A DNA stretch of 64,000 bases. It comes from Octopus bimaculoides (taxonomy: Eukaryota). The notes under the pieces are model-generated. The model was not told where the DNA came from, did no database searches, and was given only the letters and a program-made list of their open reading frames with translations. Positions 62,053 through 64,000 of the stretch are shown here, in pieces. A program made the position numbers and the translations under genes. Position 1 is the stretch's first letter; each line of letters opens with the position of its first letter. The stretch is taken from NCBI RefSeq assembly GCF_001194135.2, contig NC_068990.1:31183864-31247863 (forward strand), in the 5' to 3' direction.

Positions 62053-63416
62053 TCATACTGCTTATGTATTTATTTAAATTACTATATGGATATAATTGAA
62101 GCATGTATATAAACTTTAAAATACATTTATGCATACAAATATACAAATATGTACATGTACACATTTTTGCATGTATACATACATACTTATATATGTGTAT
62201 CTATGTGTATGTGCATATGTATTAAAGTATGCATGTATGCAAAAAGCACATAGCTATATACACATGCATATACATATATGTATATTGAAATATATGTAAA
62301 TATTTGTACATCGAAGCTTAATTATATACGTGTGTGTATATGTGATTGAGTATGAAGGTGTATGCTTGCTAACTTGCAAGATTGTCTATAATATTAGTAA
62401 CAACAAACATATTTGTGTCCATCTGCCAACATGGAAAAATTTGTACAAGAAACAGTAACAAATTTTTTAATCTACAAAACCAGTACTTAAAAATAAACCT
62501 CTTAATCAAGCGAAAATATACTTGGAAGTTAACTTCTAATGCAGATCACTAAATTTGACCTGTATTTGACTTGTGCTTTCATACAAACTTAACTTCACAC
62601 ACCTACGTTTACATACTTGAATGAACCCAAATAATGAAAACTTAACAACTACTAATTTTTTTTTTTTTTATACTAAATAGATCCAATTTAAACATCTACC
62701 TAAATTCAAAGAAGCTAAGTTCACCTTCCTATCAGAACAATGCCTTTCTTCTTTCCCTTTCTTTCCTACCATGACATTTAAATGTTTACCATTTTCTCCC
62801 AGACCATGATATATGTTTTCTGTTTTTCTATTTTTCCAATTCTTAATTTATTTCCAACCTTTGTATTTTGTTATATATCTCAGTAATTTAATATCTGATA
62901 TCTTTTTTTATTGCTTAGTCATGAGAAAAGGCCATGACCTATTTTCAGGGTCTCAGACTACTGGGAGGAAGGAATGTATCCTTAAATGGGAAGGCTACCC
63001 CAAATGCATGCAACTGGGTGAATTCTAGTGAAGGTACCCAAGTATCAGGTGTGACATTAAACCAAATTATAACACCCATGTAGGCTACGACAGGGTTTGA
63101 ACTTGGAAAGCAAAGCACTAGAACAAATACCACAAATACCATAAGGCATCATATTGACACTGTAATGTTTCTATCAATAATGACTGATATTACTGATTGC
63201 AGAAGATGAAACACTAAGTTGACTTCAGTCAGATTTGAACAAAAAATAAATACTATCAAGCACTTTGACAATCTAATAACACTGCCAGTTACGATACATA
63301 AAATAAAAATAATCAATTATATCTACCTTTACTGGTCTGCAAACTGGTAGCTGATAATAGTGGTATGTTTCATGAGGATTGAAATATGGACCAACTTTAT
63401 TCACATATAATATCAC
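4809..63416 (-). CDS. TM9SF1: TM9SF1 (nonaspanin/EMP70 family), spliced CDS of 14 exons, 5'-incomplete; join 63327-63416, 60602-60683, 56796-56900, 27283-27401, 25037-25146, 24713-24776, 20433-20504, 15075-15222, 13568-13693, 12680-12772, 11623-11733, 7694-7856, 5926-6117, 4809-5010
   Basis: Hand-spliced exons give one uninterrupted frame colinear with human TM9SF1 as I recall it ([140 protein letters not shown]). All introns are GT-AG and phases are consistent. Confidence 0.97.
5065..5446 (-). mobile_element. Young, CpG-rich tRNA-derived SINE in the last TM9SF1 intron
   Basis: Minus strand starts ggaggcgcaaTGGCCCAATGGttaggg...GGTTTCGATTCC (Pol III A and B boxes). Its 3' half is shared with the diverged copy at 54235-54520. 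Confidence 0.85.
5926..6117 (-). CDS. TM9SF1: TM9SF1 exon 13: (S)[63 protein letters not shown]
   Basis: ttctttgcag acceptor, GG|gtaagt donor, 192 nt, phase 2-2. Confidence 0.98.
6895..7230 (-). mobile_element. Degenerate LINE 3' end (CR1/L2-like)
   Basis: Minus-strand translation [10 protein letters not shown] resembles the FF.R...LWN.LP C-terminal motif; GC is raised over the flanks. Confidence 0.35.
7694..7856 (-). CDS. TM9SF1: TM9SF1 exon 12: (V)[53 protein letters not shown]
   Basis: tatttacag acceptor, AG|gtaata donor, 163 nt, phase 1-2. Confidence 0.97.
8246..8380 (+). mobile_element. C-terminal fragment of a CRE-clade non-LTR retrotransposon ORF
   Basis: Translates to ...[38 protein letters not shown], matching the CRE-type terminal motif WLFQRLS.AI.RGNAAS.L as recalled. 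Confidence 0.65.
9472..10740 (+). mobile_element. 5'-truncated RTE-clade LINE (RT thumb, C-terminus, 3' UTR, (GAT)n tail) with several in-frame stops
   Basis: [77 protein letters not shown]; ends in catggaaagcggatgttaaacga..gatga. Confidence 0.92.
10830..11240 (+). mobile_element. Older, more decayed RTE fragment
   Basis: Translates to [17 protein letters not shown]...FSL, paralogous to the [23 protein letters not shown] segment of the 9472 copy. Confidence 0.5.
11623..11733 (-). CDS. TM9SF1: TM9SF1 exon 11: (L)[36 protein letters not shown]
   Basis: ttctag acceptor, G|gtaata donor, 111 nt, phase 1-1. Confidence 0.96.
12680..12772 (-). CDS. TM9SF1: TM9SF1 exon 10: (G)[30 protein letters not shown]
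   Basis: ctcttcag acceptor, T|gtaagt donor, 93 nt, phase 1-1. Confidence 0.96.
13568..13693 (-). CDS. TM9SF1: TM9SF1 exon 9: (G)[41 protein letters not shown]
   Basis: cttag acceptor, G|gtaagc donor, 126 nt, phase 1-1. Confidence 0.97.
15075..15222 (-). CDS. TM9SF1: TM9SF1 exon 8: [49 protein letters not shown]
   Basis: catctttag acceptor, G|gtaagt donor, 148 nt, phase 0-1. Confidence 0.97.
16501..16622. repeat. Two-copy tandem duplication, period about 61 bp
   Basis: ataaataactggaaattggtaatctgctactttg occurs twice, 61 bp apart. Confidence 0.9.
18495..18641 (-). mobile_element. 5' part of tRNA-derived SINE (23578 family)
   Basis: Reverse complement gtgactgtgtagttaagaagtttgcttcctaacc...ggttcagtcccact aligns to 23578-23700. 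Confidence 0.7.
20433..20504 (-). CDS. TM9SF1: TM9SF1 exon 7 (TM1): [24 protein letters not shown]
   Basis: cttccag acceptor, TTG|gtaagt donor, 72 nt, phase 0-0. Confidence 0.97.
21480..21740 (-). mobile_element. Highly decayed RTE RT C-terminal fragment
   Basis: Minus-strand remnants MPLLASK.F and SMIHWMCN parallel the 9472 element. Confidence 0.4.
22637..23523 (-). mobile_element. Internally deleted Tc1/mariner (maT/DD37D-like) transposon with pseudogenised transposase
   Basis: [19 protein letters not shown]...[19 protein letters not shown]-to-D spacing is 36 here, one short of DD37D (inferred codon loss). Imperfect CAGG(G)T...GAAT...TGTC ends at 22637 and 23523. Confidence 0.88.
23578..24000 (+). 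mobile_element. tRNA-derived SINE carrying an internal (TA)n(TG)n microsatellite
   Basis: Head gtgactgtgtggtaag...ggttccgggttcagtccc, core tgggcaagtgtcttc, internal TA/TG array, tail cagcatagccacagtcaaatgactgaaacaagtaaaag. Confidence 0.88.
24713..24776 (-). CDS. TM9SF1: TM9SF1 exon 6: (N)[21 protein letters not shown]
   Basis: tatttcag acceptor, GAA|gtaagt donor, 64 nt, phase 2-0. Confidence 0.95.
25037..25146 (-). CDS. TM9SF1: TM9SF1 exon 5: [36 protein letters not shown]
   Basis: catttttag acceptor, AA|gtaagt donor, 110 nt, phase 0-2. Confidence 0.95.
26033..26042. other. Assembly gap (10 N) inside a poly(A) run
   Basis: N run. Confidence 1.
27283..27401 (-). CDS. TM9SF1: TM9SF1 exon 4: (D)[39 protein letters not shown]
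   Basis: cttttgtttcag acceptor, CAG|gtgagt donor, 119 nt, phase 1-0. Confidence 0.96.
29790..30035. repeat. Degenerate (ACC/ACT/ATC)n trinucleotide microsatellite
   Basis: Explains the poly-T and poly-V ORFs in the track. Confidence 0.9.
32535..33683 (-). mobile_element. Non-autonomous Helitron with both termini and a frameshifted RepHel N-terminal fragment
   Basis: 5' end A|TCTTATATATAAAA. 3' decayed hairpin acccaagtgaaaccaggt then CTTG|T. Coding remnant (L)PRRKVSDLS...[42 protein letters not shown] contains the Helitron N-terminal Cys motif. Confidence 0.82.
38020..38545 (+). mobile_element. Decayed RTE endonuclease/linker fragment
   Basis: KERLIEL*DAT...[22 protein letters not shown]...ECTT*HRLV, typical of the RTE APE C-terminus. 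Confidence 0.7.
39200..39770 (-). mobile_element. Decayed RTE 3' fragment
   Basis: [16 protein letters not shown]...VEG...LNLTKEM...DAVLEKT, followed by the ccatgccagcatgga tail. Confidence 0.75.
39955..40325 (+). mobile_element. Degenerate SINE (23578 family) with internal (TG)n
   Basis: gactgtgtggtt head, (TG)n at 40090-40133, gtgctctagtatggctacagtc...actgaaac tail. Confidence 0.55.
42848..43252 (+). mobile_element. tRNA-derived SINE (23578 family)
   Basis: ggtgcagg..tggc, cttgggcaagtgtc, ccttgtgagtg, internal TG/TA, cagcatggctgca tail. Confidence 0.75.
43255..43600. repeat. Compound (TA)n/(TG)n/(CA)n microsatellite; a similar array lies at 42703-42845
   Basis: Direct inspection; source of the YIYI and CVCV ORFs. 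Confidence 0.95.
43875..44090 (+). mobile_element. piggyBac-type MITE, second family; right TIR eroded
   Basis: ctaa|ccctttt agcatttaaactggccatatctggcc...; reverse-complement homolog of 59936-60156. Confidence 0.75.
44128..44460 (+). mobile_element. RTE-BovB-like LINE C-terminal fragment
   Basis: FEIMYY*SVLRIS.TDHQTNE...[21 protein letters not shown]...WLDNIKE-like. Confidence 0.7.
45550..46027. other. Assembly gap adjoining (TA)n
   Basis: N run. Confidence 1.
47479..47698 (+). mobile_element. piggyBac-type MITE
   Basis: TTAA|CCCTTTCGTTAC ... GTAACAAAAGGG|ctaa. Confidence 0.85.
47801..48150 (-). mobile_element. tRNA-derived SINE (23578 family)
   Basis: gtgggactgaacccggaaccac is the reverse complement of the B-box region; tail tcttttactgtttcag. 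Confidence 0.75.
48305..48706 (-). mobile_element. Young RTE 3'-UTR fragment with (GAT)n tail and an internal duplicated ~50-bp unit
   Basis: Homologous to 10480-10740; gtgccacccgcacaagagccagtccaggggcactggcaa occurs twice. Confidence 0.85.
48758..50158 (+). mobile_element. Internally deleted hAT-superfamily (hATm-like) DNA transposon with TIRs and the N-terminal transposase remnant (49163-49912, two frameshifts)
   Basis: 11-bp TIRs TAGGGTGACCC and [35 protein letters not shown]...[13 protein letters not shown]...[11 protein letters not shown]....[18 protein letters not shown]...ALD..KISD matches hATm (Cc8K15.2-like) motifs as recalled. Confidence 0.8.
51980..52133 (+). mobile_element. Young RTE 3' terminal fragment with (GAT)n tail
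   Basis: About 4 differences from the reverse complement of 48305-48453; a 45-bp piece also lies at 53842-53886 on the minus strand. Confidence 0.88.
52312..52531 (-). mobile_element. piggyBac-type MITE, inverted relative to 47479
   Basis: TTAA|CTCTTTCGTTA ... TAACGAAAGAG|TTAA; about 90% identical to the 47479 copy by manual alignment. Confidence 0.85.
53278..53784. other. Assembly gap adjoining (TA)n
   Basis: N run. Confidence 1.
54098..54520 (+). mobile_element. Two adjacent SINE remnants: 54098-54210 (23578 family head) and 54235-54520 (relative of the 5065 SINE)
   Basis: gtggctgtgtagttaagaagtttgcttcccaacc; tctgtggagtgcttggccactagcacgttaatttc. Confidence 0.65.
54870..55158. other. Assembly gap adjoining (TA)n
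   Basis: N run. Confidence 1.
55810..55960 (+). mobile_element. Decayed RTE C-terminal fragment
   Basis: [15 protein letters not shown]...HEKT parallels [14 protein letters not shown]...LEKT. Confidence 0.55.
56796..56900 (-). CDS. TM9SF1: TM9SF1 exon 3: (K)[34 protein letters not shown]
   Basis: ttcttttcttcag acceptor, G|gtgagt donor, 105 nt, phase 1-1; [11 protein letters not shown] motif. Confidence 0.95.
57364..57539 (+). mobile_element. Partial copy of the 57840 MITE, inverted relative to it
   Basis: Aligns to the reverse complement of 57910-58087. Confidence 0.8.
57840..58087. mobile_element. Foldback MITE with ~64-bp TIRs and TA flanks (Tc1/mariner-type)
   Basis: TA|GGGGATGGATTTCCTATACTTTTCAGC ... 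GCTGAAAAGTGTAGGGAATCCATCCTCC|TA; arms about 86% identical. Confidence 0.85.
58596..59040 (+). mobile_element. tRNA-derived SINE (23578 family); its internal (TA)n contains the 58830-58898 assembly gap
   Basis: Near-consensus head and tail; local 15-bp duplication ccttgggcaatatag. Confidence 0.88.
59936..60156 (-). mobile_element. piggyBac-type MITE, second family
   Basis: tcaa|CCCTTTAG ... CTAAAGGG|TTAA. Confidence 0.82.
60602..60683 (-). CDS. TM9SF1: TM9SF1 exon 2: [27 protein letters not shown]
   Basis: tttcag acceptor, |gtaagt donor, 82 nt, phase 0-1. Confidence 0.96.
61537..61900 (+). mobile_element. Decayed mariner (DD34D-type) transposase fragment
   Basis: [18 protein letters not shown]...HNDN.QAHT....LGW...PY.SDL...LKD.L...KKWLQQ....FFERG. 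Confidence 0.75.
61993..62050. repeat. (CA)n microsatellite; others at about 18046-18071, 27826-27863 and 47751-47798
   Basis: Direct inspection. Confidence 0.95.
63327..63416 (-). CDS. TM9SF1: TM9SF1 exon 1 (in window): [30 protein letters not shown]
   Basis: ttcag acceptor, AAG|gtagat donor, 90 nt, phase 0-0. Confidence 0.96.
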
Positions 63417-63717
63417 CTGAAACGAATAAAATGACCGTGTGTAGAAAGTTGTATTATAAAACAATATTAACTAAACAAAGTATATAAAATATAAAGGAGA
63501 TAATCGTATATTTTAAGCAAAGCCAATAGAATCCTTCATTAATGCATGTTTTCTGTTTAAAACTATACTTACCATTAACAGAAAACCTATGCATTACATT
63601 TGATTTACCTTAGTGTAGAGTTTGGTAAAACTCACCAAAATGAGGAAAGAATGAAGAGTCAACAATAGAAAGCTATTTTATCAGTGGAAAGGCAACAGAA
63701 AAATTTTATCTATTAGT

Positions 63718-64000
63718 GATGTTGTAGGAGAGAAATGTGTTCGCATGGATGATGGTACGCTTGCATTAAATGAGGATGCAAAGAAAGAGGTCTGGAGATG
63801 CCACTACGATAGATTGCTTAATAAAGAGAATGAATGGGAGAAAGAGAGCCTGCCGTATGTCGACCCAATAGAGGGACCAGCTATCCGAGTTGATAGTACC
63901 AGGGTAGATAAAGCAATTAAGAGTATGAAGACCGGGAAAGCCCCCGGCCAATCAGGAATCACTGCAGAGATGCTCAAAATATCTGGCAGTGTTGGCTATA
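63718..64000 (+). mobile_element. RTE LINE ORF segment (linker into RT), frame intact, running off the window
   Basis: DVVGEKCVRMDDGTLAL...VWRCHYDRLLNKENEW...VDKAIKSMKTGKAPGQSGITAEMLK, 94 codons without a stop; not in the ORF track. Confidence 0.9.

Noticed and set aside
1-64000. CRISPR arrays, operons, rRNA or true tRNA genes
   Set aside because: None seen. The tRNA-like A/B boxes belong to SINE heads, and there are no regularly spaced repeat-spacer units.

Overview
This is AT-rich, microsatellite-dense eukaryotic DNA from a gapped, probably short-read assembly. The repeat families resemble those I recall from Octopus; the species assignment is inference. One protein-coding gene is well supported: TM9SF1 (transmembrane 9 superfamily member 1) on the minus strand. 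I reconstructed 14 coding exons by hand (63416 down to the stop at 4809). All introns are GT-AG, all phases match, and the spliced CDS is 1677 nt (558 aa plus stop) ending ...VNLKMD*. The signal-peptide exon(s) lie beyond 64000. Exon and intron numbers count from the first exon inside the window. Most ORFs in the supplied track are microsatellite, N-gap or transposon artefacts. The introns, especially the 29.4 kb intron 3, contain many transposon relics: RTE LINE fragments, tRNA-derived SINEs, piggyBac-type and Tc1-type MITEs, maT and mariner transposase remnants, a non-autonomous Helitron with both ends, a hATm-like deletion derivative with both TIRs, and a CRE-clade retrotransposon fragment. 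I found no unambiguous new biological system. The best leads are RNA-structural: a roughly 90-nt-arm intronic duplex whose G-U pairs favour the transcribed strand (14421-14772), nested inverted repeats in intron 3 (47479-52531), and a foldback MITE cluster near exon 3. All are candidate ADAR substrates. The CRE fragment enclosed by a near-perfect inverted repeat is the other notable lead.
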